Positions 1 through 9,249 of a stretch of DNA of 64,000 nucleotides are shown one piece after another (positions within the stretch are counted from its first letter, which is position 1; each line of letters opens with the position of its first letter). The notes below the pieces were generated by a model that worked only from the letters and a program-made list of their open reading frames with translations, was not told where the DNA came from and did no database searches. Location: the NCBI GenBank assembly GCA_021790385.1, contig JAJYDW010000002.1, positions 7,551 through 71,550 on the forward strand, in the 5' to 3' direction. Both the position numbers and the translations under genes were made by a program. Source of the stretch: Planctomycetota bacterium. GTDB lineage: Bacteria > Planctomycetota > Phycisphaerae > WQYP01.

Positions 1-372
1 GAAGGTACCGGCGTGGGAACAAACTTTTTGGCAAACGGATTAACCAATTGTCCATTGGAACAGCCGGCTATACCGCTCACCATTGCCAGTCCCGCCAGTA
101 TTACTACCAGCCACGCCGACATCGGCTTTAAATATCTTGCCAATCGCAACGTCATCATACGCAATCCCTTTGTCGTAAACATCAACATACGGTAAAAGTA
201 TACCGCTTGATGTACTTCCGGGACAACCAACCGCTGAAACCAGGGCCAGTGGCCCAAAACAATTCTTTTCGCCCCACGTGCGCCATGGACGGCTGTTGAC
301 CATCTGAATCACCCGTCGGACTCACCGTATCTTCCAAGTGCAACGACCGTACATTGGCACATTACACAAGAC

Positions 373-702
373 TTATACACTAAATGACGAACCACACCCG
401 CAGGAGTGAGTGGCATTAGGATTCTTAAATACGAATCCACGCCCCATCACTTCGTCCTTAAAGTCAATTTCAGTACCATTGAGATACAGGTAGCTCTTGC
501 GATCGGATACTACCTTAATTCCGTGAGATTCCATCACCTCATCAGTCTCCGCCGCCTCTTCGGTCAGGTCCAGTACATAACTGAAACCGGAACATCCACC
601 GCCCTTGACTCCAACGCGAAGTGCCGCCTCCGGCGAAAGCCCCTGATCTTTGATAATATTTTTGACTTCTTTGGCAGCCGTTTCGCTTAAGGTAATTGGC
701 AT
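373..702 (-). CDS. Iron-sulfur cluster insertion / A-type carrier protein, ErpA/IscA (HesB) family
   Basis: The 110-aa translation from the internal Met (MPITLSETAAKEVKNII...) ends with C..GCGSSF, typical of HesB/IscA. An AAGGAG sits 9 nt upstream of the ATG at 700-702 on the minus strand. I trimmed the longer 173-aa ORF to the conserved start. Confidence 0.8.
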   Translation of the reverse strand: MPITLSETAAKEVKNIIKDQGLSPEAALRVGVKGGGCSGFSYVLDLTEEAAETDEVMESHGIKVVSDRKSYLYLNGTEIDFKDEVMGRGFVFKNPNATHSCGCGSSFSV

Positions 703-978
703 GGCTATCAACTCCTTATAAAAGACCAAACCTGATGATATCATACCCATCTGAAGGGCCAAAGTGAAGCGGCGGGGCTTATCGTCCGCATTCCTGATGG
801 CTGCCGCGCCGGGCGGCCACGGCCTGCAATCCATGACGCAATGTTCACTTTTCCACAAAACCGCCGTGCCACCTATTATTTGACGCCCCTTCACTTACGC
901 TTGACAATACTACCCGGCAGGTGGAAATGGCGCCGCCAACGTCCAGGAAAATCAAAGTTATTTTAATGCAGGTGAGGT

Positions 979-1896
979 TTGTCAGATTTTGTCATACTAA
1001 ATGGACAGTTGCTGCTCTATGAAGATGCACGCATCGCCCCGCTGGATGGGGGATTTCTGCATGGAGCCGGCTTGTTTGAAACTATGCGGGCTCGCAGTGG
1101 ACGGGTGCCCTTGCTGCAGCCCCACCTTGATCGGTTGCACGCCAGCGCCGCCGCCATGGCGATGGAGTTTCACCTGGAAACGCAAGTGCTTGCCGATTGC
1201 ATTGAGGAACTGCTTGCGGCCGAGGATATTTCCGAAGCCCGAATTCGCTTAAGTGTTAGCGCCGGTGATACACAGGCCAGGGATGGCGGGGCCGCTGATC
1301 GCGCATGCACCACACTTATTTCCGCCGCCCCTTTTGTGGCCTACCCTCCAAGTCTTTACGATAATGGCATGACCGTTATGGTATCCAATTTCCGGCAAAA
1401 TCCGCGGATGCCTTCCACCGGCCATAAAACCCTGAGTTATGTAGACCGGCTGCTGGCCCTGCGTCAGGCACAGGTGTCAGGTGCTGGTGAAGCCCTTTGG
1501 CTGACCGCCGCTGAAAACGCCCTAGCCGAAGGCTGCGTGAGCAATGTATTTGTGGTGGCGAAGGATGGATGCGCATACACCCCGCCCTGCCAATACCCTG
1601 TCGACACAGCGTATAGAATGTGCCTTCCAGGGATAACCAGAAATGTCCTGATAAATTTTGCAAATATACAGGACATAAAAATTCAGGAGAAAATGCTGTT
1701 TATTGAAGATTTGCTGGCAGCACCCGAAGTGTTCCTGACCAATGCCATCATGGGGATTATGCCCGTAACCCGTATCGAGCGCCACGCCGTTGGAACGGAA
1801 AAGCCGGGGCCTGTTACGCGAAAACTTGCGCAAATATACGACCAATATATAACGGAGCAATGCAATGCAACCCGCCAAAATCAAGAGTTCGCATAA
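979..1896 (+). CDS. Aminotransferase class IV (aminodeoxychorismate lyase / D-amino-acid or branched-chain aminotransferase-like)
   Basis: 305 aa. It has the fold-type IV PLP enzyme hallmarks (N-terminal GxxLLxxEDARI..D.GFL.G.G.FET, C-terminal ..E.F.T.A..GI.PV). It overlaps the next gene by 32 nt, which suggests an operon. Confidence 0.7.
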   Translation: MSDFVILNGQLLLYEDARIAPLDGGFLHGAGLFETMRARSGRVPLLQPHLDRLHASAAAMAMEFHLETQVLADCIEELLAAEDISEARIRLSVSAGDTQARDGGAADRACTTLISAAPFVAYPPSLYDNGMTVMVSNFRQNPRMPSTGHKTLSYVDRLLALRQAQVSGAGEALWLTAAENALAEGCVSNVFVVAKDGCAYTPPCQYPVDTAYRMCLPGITRNVLINFANIQDIKIQEKMLFIEDLLAAPEVFLTNAIMGIMPVTRIERHAVGTEKPGPVTRKLAQIYDQYITEQCNATRQNQEFA

Positions 1897-3022
1897 GTCG
1901 GTATTACTTTCCGAGCTTACCGCCTATCTGGAACAAATCGCCCCACTGCATCTGGCAGAGACGTGGGATCATGTCGGGTTGCTTTCCGGATCGGCCAACG
2001 CCCGAATTAAACGAATTTTAATTTCTCTGGATTTAACCCGCCCGGTCGCAGATGAGGCTGTCCGGAACGCCGCAGATTTGCTGATCTGTTACCATCCACC
2101 GATATTCAAACCCATTCTCGACTTACGCACAGGTGGTAACAAACCGGAAAACTTGGCCGTGGAATTGATCTCAAAAAAAGTCTGGATTTATTCCCCTCAT
2201 ACCGCCCTGGATGCAGCCCCTGGCGGCACCAATGATGCTCTCGCGAAATTATTGGGACTGGAAGTATGTGGATCTCTGGACTTCCGTACCACCGCCACGC
2301 GATACCTTAAACTGGTAACCTTTCTACCAGAATCAGCAGTGGAGCGCGTGGCCGAGGCTGTATACAAGGCTGGTGCCGGTCGCATCGGTAAAGACAGCCG
2401 GTATTCCCAGTGCAGTTTTCGCACCACCGGCACGGGCACATTTTTTGGAGATGAAAGTGCCACGCCGACAATCGGGCAGAAAGGCCAATTGGAACGGGTA
2501 TCAGAAATCCGGTTTGAAACCGTGTTGCCCGCCACCTCGGCAGGCGCTGTGGTTTCGGCGTTAAAGCAGGCCCACCCATATGAAGAGCCGGCCTTTGACT
2601 TATTGATGATGGAAAATCCACCGGAAATGGCCGGACAGGGTCGTCTGGCGGAATTAAAAACACCACGGTCCTTGGAAAGTCTGGCCATCCATATTCGCCG
2701 GGCACTGCACCTTGAGCAGGTACAGATGATAGGCCGGCCAAATGAACGATTGCGGCGTTTGGCCATTGTAGCCGGTAGCGCTGGACGCTTACCGCTGGAG
2801 GCACTCAAACGCGGCCAGGCCTTTGATTGCCTCATCACCGGAGAACTCAAACACCATGATATGCTGGCCATGCGCGCCGCAGGGCTATCGACAATATGCC
2901 TGGGCCATGCCCACAGCGAAATGCCGGTGCTTATAGCGCTGCGCAATCGACTGGCTCAAGAATTTGCCGGGTTATCCATCACCATCAGCCGCTCTGATCC
3001 TGTACCCTACGCCTTCCTTTAG
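1865..3022 (+). CDS. Nif3 family dinuclear metal-center protein (YqfO/YbgI-like, GTP cyclohydrolase 1 type 2 homolog)
   Basis: 385 aa. N-terminal LAE.WD.VGLL, a central inserted domain and a C-terminal GHAHSE motif are characteristic of long Nif3/YqfO proteins. Confidence 0.75.
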   Translation: MQPAKIKSSHKSVLLSELTAYLEQIAPLHLAETWDHVGLLSGSANARIKRILISLDLTRPVADEAVRNAADLLICYHPPIFKPILDLRTGGNKPENLAVELISKKVWIYSPHTALDAAPGGTNDALAKLLGLEVCGSLDFRTTATRYLKLVTFLPESAVERVAEAVYKAGAGRIGKDSRYSQCSFRTTGTGTFFGDESATPTIGQKGQLERVSEIRFETVLPATSAGAVVSALKQAHPYEEPAFDLLMMENPPEMAGQGRLAELKTPRSLESLAIHIRRALHLEQVQMIGRPNERLRRLAIVAGSAGRLPLEALKRGQAFDCLITGELKHHDMLAMRAAGLSTICLGHAHSEMPVLIALRNRLAQEFAGLSITISRSDPVPYAFL

Positions 3023-3870
3023 CCGTTGACCTGCGGCTGGGCCACCGGCCGCGTGCCCTTAACCGCCTGACGAATAGCCAGGCATCTGGCCAGCAGAGAT
3101 TCCAGTTGATGCAGTGGCAAAATGGTCGCGGCATCCGACGGACTTTTTTCAGGTTCCGGATGCACCTCAATAAAAAGACCGTCGGCACCCGCGGCCGTTG
3201 CCGCCGCCGCGAGCACCTCCACGTATTGCCGTTGACCGCCGCTGGCCTTCCCCAGTCCGCCTGGCAATTGTGTGGAATGGGTAGCGTCAAATATTACTGG
3301 AACCTGCAAGGCCTGCATCTGCGGAATTGCCGTCATATCATTGACCAGCCGATTGTAGCCAAAAAACGTTCCACGCTCGGTTAGCATCACCTGCTGGTTC
3401 CCGGTGGAACGCAGCTTTTCCACCACGTTGGCCATTTCCCACGGTGCCATGAATTGACCCTTTTTGACGTTAATCGCCTTGCCGGATTGACCGGCGGCCA
3501 CCAGCAAATCAGTCTGGCGACACAAAAAAGCGGGTATCTGCACCATATCTACCACTTCCGCCACAGCCGAAACTTGCCCGGTTTCATGGACATCCGTGGT
3601 TACAGGCAGATGTATGGAGTTACGAATTTCGGCCAGCACATCCAGGCCGAAATCCATGCCCTGCCCGCGAAAACTGCCCACCCCGGACCGATTGGCTTTG
3701 TCAAAACTGGCCTTGAATACGTAGGTAATGCCTAGCCTGCTGCATATCTCCGCCACGCTGTCGGCAATGTGCCGACAAAGTGCGCCATTTTCAATAACAC
3801 AGGGCCCGGCGATCAAAAGAAACTTTTCCGGCCAGTTCCACATTTTCGGTCCCAGTAAAATTTGCGTCAT
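3019..3870 (-). CDS. kdsA: 3-deoxy-8-phosphooctulonate (KDO8P) synthase
   Basis: 284 aa from the internal Met. YVFKASFDKANRS and a C-terminal LQVPVIFDATHS...GG motif are classic KdsA. A GAGG Shine-Dalgarno sits 7 nt before the ATG (cat at 3868-3870). It is convergent with the Nif3 gene, with a 4-nt overlap. Confidence 0.9.
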   Translation of the reverse strand: MTQILLGPKMWNWPEKFLLIAGPCVIENGALCRHIADSVAEICSRLGITYVFKASFDKANRSGVGSFRGQGMDFGLDVLAEIRNSIHLPVTTDVHETGQVSAVAEVVDMVQIPAFLCRQTDLLVAAGQSGKAINVKKGQFMAPWEMANVVEKLRSTGNQQVMLTERGTFFGYNRLVNDMTAIPQMQALQVPVIFDATHSTQLPGGLGKASGGQRQYVEVLAAAATAAGADGLFIEVHPEPEKSPSDAATILPLHQLESLLARCLAIRQAVKGTRPVAQPQVNG

Positions 3871-4069
3871 GCGATAAACCTCGGCGGCAACCAGCCAATA
3901 GATAGTCAATATAACCGATATCTGCGTGGCCTGCATTCGAAAAATTGGATTTACACCCAGGCACACAGTAGACATGGCCGGATGGCCAATCGTCTGGTCG
4001 GCGATATATTTGCAGGATAAACGACGGTATCAAGAACCGGAAAAAGCCGGCTGTTTTGTATGATAAAAT

Positions 4070-4594
4070 CTAAAACCCTGCCTGGCTGCCCGAATAGATT
4101 GTGGTGTGGCCCATCTGGCCAAGCTGCCGCCCCGGACTGACGAAACATGGGCCATGCCAGGCACCCTGATGGGCACCTACGTATTGAATGCGTTGGCCAA
4201 AGCCATCCATCACCGCCACCACGCCATACATGCGGCCGCCATGGGACATCGGAATCCAGCCATTGACAATCAGATCCGGCCGCAGAAACAGCATCGCGCT
4301 GTGGCGATTATTCACCCATTGCCCATTGGCCATGCGATGTGAAAATTGCCGTTGATAACGAAGTAAAAAGCCATACATCGAATGATGACCGGCGATGATG
4401 GCTGGTGCACTGCCGGTAACAGCCACATACTGTTCCAGGGCGTGCTGGAGTGTGTTAAGAGTCATGTGCGTGGCCACCATGGCAACGCTGCTGCGCGATT
4501 GATAATGCATCCAACCCACCAGCGACAAAAAGAAAATCAGCGCCGCCAGCAACAGGGGAATGTCATGCGGTTTAATGTTCAGCAGCCTTTTCAT
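4070..4594 (-). CDS. Hypothetical membrane-anchored protein (N-terminal TM helix)
   Basis: 174-aa ORF with a hydrophobic N-terminus (LLLAALIFFLSLVGW). It lies downstream of, and co-oriented with, the pseudopilin gene. No recognisable domain. Confidence 0.4.
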   Translation of the reverse strand: MKRLLNIKPHDIPLLLAALIFFLSLVGWMHYQSRSSVAMVATHMTLNTLQHALEQYVAVTGSAPAIIAGHHSMYGFLLRYQRQFSHRMANGQWVNNRHSAMLFLRPDLIVNGWIPMSHGGRMYGVVAVMDGFGQRIQYVGAHQGAWHGPCFVSPGRQLGQMGHTTIYSGSQAGF

Positions 4595-4796
4595 ACCAAT
4601 CTCTCCTGCATTCTCTCTGGCCGACGCGAAGAGGCTTTGAGCGTTCCTCTATTGCTATTCTATAACCGGCGCGCACCGACACAAGAAAAAACTTTAGACT
4701 TTTTTCATATCCGGACGTGTAATCGACACAGCCGGGCCAACTTGGCGATAATAACGATGGTGCCGGCATTAAAATGAGAGTGGTGCGTTTTGTTTA

Positions 4797-5453
4797 TCAG
4801 GGGGCATAGCTGTAGATGTACCCGGAGGTGGGATCGGTTACGCCAGAGTTGGGTTGTGGGCCGTTGGCACCAAAGCTATAAAAATAAGGCGCATGAGAAT
4901 CTTGTGCGGGCATAGCGGTGCCGCTGCCCGTTGTAACGTATACCCATGCCGCACCGTTGGCCAGCACAGGTAAGGTTGGCGTAGTCTGCCCGGAATAGGG
5001 ATATGTTTGATCCGCAGAGCTGGCCGAGTTCGGACTGGGCGGCATGTATTGGATTGGATAACCGTAGGCATCAAGTATTTCCACCACGCCGGGCATGGTC
5101 GCTGAACTGCTTGACGATGACGGTGCCGGAAGCTCGCCGGCCACCACCATGGTTGACGGCAGATCCGTGATCACGTTGGCATGTTGCTGCCACGTGGAGG
5201 TGCTCGTTAAGTAATACGCATGGCTGGCCTGATAGCCTTCCAAAAACGCCAGCATATTGCCGGGCGTTTGGCCGGTTTTATGAATGTATTGTTGCAGTGC
5301 GGATTGTAAATTTCTTAGTTCAGTTTGCGTTAACTTTCTTTCAGAATTCTGCTGCACCTGCGAACCCACCGCCATCACAATACCCGCCAGGATGGCAATC
5401 AGCAGAAGCACCACCATCATTTCAATAATTGTAAATCCGTTTTTCTGACGCAT
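4797..5453 (-). CDS. Prepilin-type N-terminal cleavage/methylation domain protein (type II secretion pseudopilin / type IV pilin-like)
   Basis: The N-terminal GFTIIEMMVVLLLIAILAGIV is the canonical class III signal-peptide/N-methylation motif. The C-terminus is Ser/Thr/Pro/Tyr-rich low-complexity. Start placed at the Met preceding the motif. Confidence 0.8.
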   Translation of the reverse strand: MRQKNGFTIIEMMVVLLLIAILAGIVMAVGSQVQQNSERKLTQTELRNLQSALQQYIHKTGQTPGNMLAFLEGYQASHAYYLTSTSTWQQHANVITDLPSTMVVAGELPAPSSSSSSATMPGVVEILDAYGYPIQYMPPSPNSASSADQTYPYSGQTTPTLPVLANGAAWVYVTTGSGTAMPAQDSHAPYFYSFGANGPQPNSGVTDPTSGYIYSYAP

Positions 5454-5563
5454 GGGCGATTCCTCATTTTTCTTTGCCACGCAGCAAGCCATCAAGGCTC
5501 GCTTTCAGCTCTCGATCTCATGTAATTATTATAGCATATTTCAAAGCTACCGGTGCAACAATT

Positions 5564-6478
5564 TTATCCGCACTGTTCCAGCACCAACTTAAAGACTTGC
5601 TGACAATCTTTCTCTGCCCCATATTGAGCGACGAAATCACCTTCTGGCTGATAAATCTGCACCTGCGGCCCCACTGGCCGCCATTGCACCGCACTACTGG
5701 GGCCGAAAATAGCCACCACTCTCACCCCTGCCCATGCGGCCAGATGGGTTATACCGCTGTCATTGCCCAGATAGGTCCGACTTGCTTTAACCAGATCAAC
5801 CACATGCATCAGCGGGATATTGCGATGAACCGCAAATTCCCGGTCCAGCCTGGCAATATCATGGCGGCTAAAACGTTCCAGTTCCACTTCGCCCATCAAA
5901 AATTCCACGCGAATTCCGGATTCGTTCAACGCGTGTGCCACCTGGATAAAATTCTCCAGCGGCCAGCATTTTTCCCATCCACCGCTTCCGGGCTGAATCA
6001 ACAGCGGGCCATGACGACATCGAACACAATCGGCTAGCACTGGCGGCGGCAACTGCAGCGGCGCAAGCTGCTCTCGATGGAAGGTGGTTACGTGATGGGG
6101 ATAATCTGGCCCAGGTCGTGGCGAATAAAATAAAATGTGCGAACGCTTGCACACCTGGCGGGCATGTGCGGCCCAGGCATCTGTGCCGGAACTGACCGCT
6201 GAAAGCAGCAGATCGCTATCCACCCAGGGCAGAGATGTGTGTACGCCGGAGACATCTGCAGAAGCCTGATACGGGCCAAACCAGGCCGAATGGCGGGCAT
6301 CATCGGCATCAAACGCCGATTCCGCCAGCCCCAGCTTCACCATCAGGCGGCCAAAGGAACAACGTGTTACCAAGGTTCGCTGAGCCTTGGGCCAGCGCAT
6401 TTGCAAACTTACCAGCAGTGAAGCCAGCAGCAGAGTATCGCCCAGCGCCCCTTGATGAACCACCGTGATTTTCATCAA
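5564..6478 (-). CDS. Glycosyltransferase family 9 (ADP-heptose:LPS heptosyltransferase-like)
   Basis: 304 aa. N-terminal GALGD(T/V)LL and a C-terminal YLGNDSGITHLAA..G motif are typical of RfaF/WaaC-type GT9 enzymes. Confidence 0.8.
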   Translation of the reverse strand: MMKITVVHQGALGDTLLLASLLVSLQMRWPKAQRTLVTRCSFGRLMVKLGLAESAFDADDARHSAWFGPYQASADVSGVHTSLPWVDSDLLLSAVSSGTDAWAAHARQVCKRSHILFYSPRPGPDYPHHVTTFHREQLAPLQLPPPVLADCVRCRHGPLLIQPGSGGWEKCWPLENFIQVAHALNESGIRVEFLMGEVELERFSRHDIARLDREFAVHRNIPLMHVVDLVKASRTYLGNDSGITHLAAWAGVRVVAIFGPSSAVQWRPVGPQVQIYQPEGDFVAQYGAEKDCQQVFKLVLEQCG

Positions 6479-6532
6479 TTTTTGTCAACACATGAAATTG
6501 TACGTACATGCATGATTACGCAAAGCAGAATA

Positions 6533-6615
6533 CTGGGCGCGGCAGGATTCGAACCTGCGTAGGCATAAGCCAGCGGATTTACAGTCCGCCCCTTTTGGCC
6601 GCTCAGGCACACGCC
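6533..6615 (-). tRNA. tRNA-Tyr (anticodon GTA), long variable arm, no encoded CCA
   Basis: The reverse complement gives GGGCGTGTGCCTGAGCGGCCAAAAGGGGCGGACTGTAAATCCGCTGGCTTATGCCTACGCAGGTTCGAATCCTGCCGCGCCCA. The D-loop and anticodon arm are nearly identical to E. coli tRNA-Tyr (CCCGAGCGGCCAAAGGGAGCAGACTGTAAATCTGC). The 7-bp acceptor stem has one T-G wobble, and the T-loop is TTCGAAT. Confidence 0.9.
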
Positions 6616-6958
6616 CCTGTGGGCCATGAAGTATAACAAAGCTCACCAGAATCGCCAATGACCACACCCTGATTGCCATAAATAGAAATAGAAATCGCCG
6701 CCATTTTCAACCGTAAATGTTGATGACGCCCCCTGCAACACCATGCATCGTGCCATCCATCGTGCGAAAGGTTGACAAAACGGCAGGTGCCCGGGCCGAT
6801 GTTTCACTTCGCCGCGCAAGTTTCGTTGCCGTTCTGGATCTTTACAATACTTTCAGGTGACGGACCACAACAGAATACGTATGCATCAAACGGCTTTAAT
6901 TCCGTTTCTTCCTGTTGACACGTGCAGATTGAGCGTGGCACACTGGCCCGGTATGCGT

Positions 6959-8737
6959 TTAGTCCGAACCCAGTTCCAAATCGTTATCATTGTCATCGGA
7001 ATCGCTCGCGCCCGGTGCCGGCAAGGGCGGGGCAATCAGCCCCAGCGTGGCCAAAATAGACCCATCCAGGAAGCCTTCCAGCTTGCGGGATCGCACCGGG
7101 TGCTGAAGCTTACGAATGGCCTTGGCTTCCACTTGTCGGACTCGCTCCCTGGTCACCTTGAAAATGCGCCCAACTTCTTCCAGGGTATAAGTGTAGCCGT
7201 CGCCAATGCCATAGCGAAGCTTGATGATTTCCCGTTCCCGGTAGGTCAAGGTTTTAAGCACCTGGTCAATCCGATCACGCAACATTTCCTGGGTGGCGGT
7301 CTGCACCGGGTTTTCTGCCGCCTCATCTTCAATAAAATCACCAAAGTAGGAATCTTCGGATTCTCCCACGGGCCGGTCCAGAGAAATCGGATGCCGTGCT
7401 ATTTTCAGAACCCGCCGACATTCAGTCACGGGCATTTTGGCTTCCTTGGAAATTTCCTCAATGGTAGGCTCCCGCCCCAGATCCTGCAGAAGCTTCTTAC
7501 TGATGTTGCGCAACTTGGACATGGTTTCAATCATGTGCACAGGTATACGTATTGTTCGAGCGTGATCGGCAATGGCCCGGGTAATCGCCTGGCGGATCCA
7601 CCAGGTGGCATAAGTGCTGAACTTATAACCCCGGCGGTATTCGTATTTATCCACCGCACGCATCAACCCGGTATTTCCTTCCTGAATGATGTCCAGAAAG
7701 GAAAGCCCGCGGTTGCGGTATTTTTTTGCAATCGACACCACCAGCCGCAGATTTCCGCCGGATAGCTTCCGCTTGGCATCCTCATATTCATTGAATACCA
7801 GTTGAATGGACTGGCAACGCCGCTGCAATGCATCGGCGTCTTCCAGCACCAGATCCATCAGGCCCTGATATTCGTCGGTCATCGCCAGGCGATCATCTTC
7901 AGACAGTTTCAACGATTTGTCATTCAGACGACTTTTAAGGCGGGAGAGTTTCGCACTGATCGACTGGAGTTTTCGCATCAGTGGTATAATTTTGCTGGTG
8001 CGCAGGGATAACTCCTCCAGCAGTGTCACGATCTTGCGGCGGCTGCTTTTCATCCGCACTTCCGCTTCCATCCGGTGCCCGGCGCTGGTGGCCGAATCGG
8101 TGATTTTTTCCCAGTCGTTGCGGTTGCGTTCCAGTATCTTGCGAATGGTGTTGAGATTTTCCGGAATTCGCTTGCTGATAGTGGCCTTGGCATCAACCTC
8201 CGCAGTCGAAATGCGCATGGTCCGATCAAAGGGCAACTCTCCCGATTGCACCAGGGCCAGAATGTCTATGGCACTTTGTACGCAACTGTCGCTCTCCAGC
8301 ACCTTCTTGCGGAAGGTCATCCGCGTGAGTTCAATTTTCTTGGCCAGGCGGATTTCTTCATCCCGGGTCAACAGCGGTATTTCGCCCATCTGAGTCAGGT
8401 ACATTCGTACCGGATCATCAATGCGTTTACTGCCGACCTCCACAATCTCGTCTTCCTTGACGTTTTCAATTTCTTCTTCGGCCTCCCTCATCATGTATTC
8501 GCTGGGATCATCCGGCGATGGAGAGGCAATTTCCTGGGCCACGTCGGCCTCATCCCGAAACTGGATGCCCATCTCATCAAATTGTTGAAATAAGGCATCA
8601 AGACGGTCTGTGGCAATAGCTTCGTCCGGCAGCAGTTCGTTGAGTTCCTCGTATGTAAGGTAGCCCTGCGCCTTGCCCTTGGAAATCAGCAGTGCAATAT
8701 TTGAATTTGCCTTCGCCAGCGGAACGGTGTTGACCAT
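6959..8737 (-). CDS. rpoD: RNA polymerase primary sigma factor (sigma-70)
   Basis: Regions 1.2 through 4 are all recognisable ([94 protein letters not shown]). The ATG start at 8737 gives 592 aa. The ORF extends upstream to a possible TTG at 8788. Confidence 0.9.
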   Translation of the reverse strand: MVNTVPLAKANSNIALLISKGKAQGYLTYEELNELLPDEAIATDRLDALFQQFDEMGIQFRDEADVAQEIASPSPDDPSEYMMREAEEEIENVKEDEIVEVGSKRIDDPVRMYLTQMGEIPLLTRDEEIRLAKKIELTRMTFRKKVLESDSCVQSAIDILALVQSGELPFDRTMRISTAEVDAKATISKRIPENLNTIRKILERNRNDWEKITDSATSAGHRMEAEVRMKSSRRKIVTLLEELSLRTSKIIPLMRKLQSISAKLSRLKSRLNDKSLKLSEDDRLAMTDEYQGLMDLVLEDADALQRRCQSIQLVFNEYEDAKRKLSGGNLRLVVSIAKKYRNRGLSFLDIIQEGNTGLMRAVDKYEYRRGYKFSTYATWWIRQAITRAIADHARTIRIPVHMIETMSKLRNISKKLLQDLGREPTIEEISKEAKMPVTECRRVLKIARHPISLDRPVGESEDSYFGDFIEDEAAENPVQTATQEMLRDRIDQVLKTLTYREREIIKLRYGIGDGYTYTLEEVGRIFKVTRERVRQVEAKAIRKLQHPVRSRKLEGFLDGSILATLGLIAPPLPAPGASDSDDNDNDLELGSD

Positions 8738-9249
8738 TGCTGGAGGCTGTACCTGATCCGTTATTACCGTTGTCACCAAAATCTCCAAATGTACCGTTAT
8801 TAACCTGGACCCGCATCAACTCAACGGTGGCTCTAATCCGGCATCGCACAAATCTCCAGCCGTGGGAATCAACCAACCGCACCGATCAAGTTTTGAAGGC
8901 TCGATCGTCACCTGCGCTTACCCTGGCTGGCATTGACCCCAGATTCTTAATTCCGCACCTGATGGCCCCAACTTTCCAAAGGTCCAAAGGTTCAGACTCT
9001 GCCTCAGCCGACTACGACCAGAAGTCACTTTTCAATAAAAACTGGGAAATCATCTTTCCGGCTAGTTCATGGCTCGGCTGGGCCGCACATCCTCACGACA
9101 CTTCAACGCGCCCGACTGCCACTACGCGCGATTCAAACTATTTTAGCAGGAAAATTTTGCGTGGTCTACCCAGCCAGCTTATGTCAGCCCGGACAATTCA
9201 ACGCAAGTACCATCCATTACATGCACTTACGTCGTTTTTTCACGCGGCA

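Noticed and set aside
13-195. 60-aa + ORF open to the left window edge (possible 3' end of an upstream gene)
   Set aside because: There is no recognisable domain. Local GC and codon pattern are poor. It overlaps an equally unconvincing 90-aa antisense ORF (40..312). The evidence is insufficient to call.
3871-3975. N-terminal 35-codon extension of the kdsA ORF
   Set aside because: KdsA homologues start at the MTQILLGP-equivalent position. A GAGG ribosome-binding site precedes that ATG. The extension is hydrophobic and unconserved.
6857-7765. 302-aa ORF on the + strand
   Set aside because: It lies entirely antisense to the strongly conserved rpoD coding sequence. The translation is low-complexity (Pro/Gly/His-rich) and is the GC-skew artefact typical of antisense frames in high-GC DNA.
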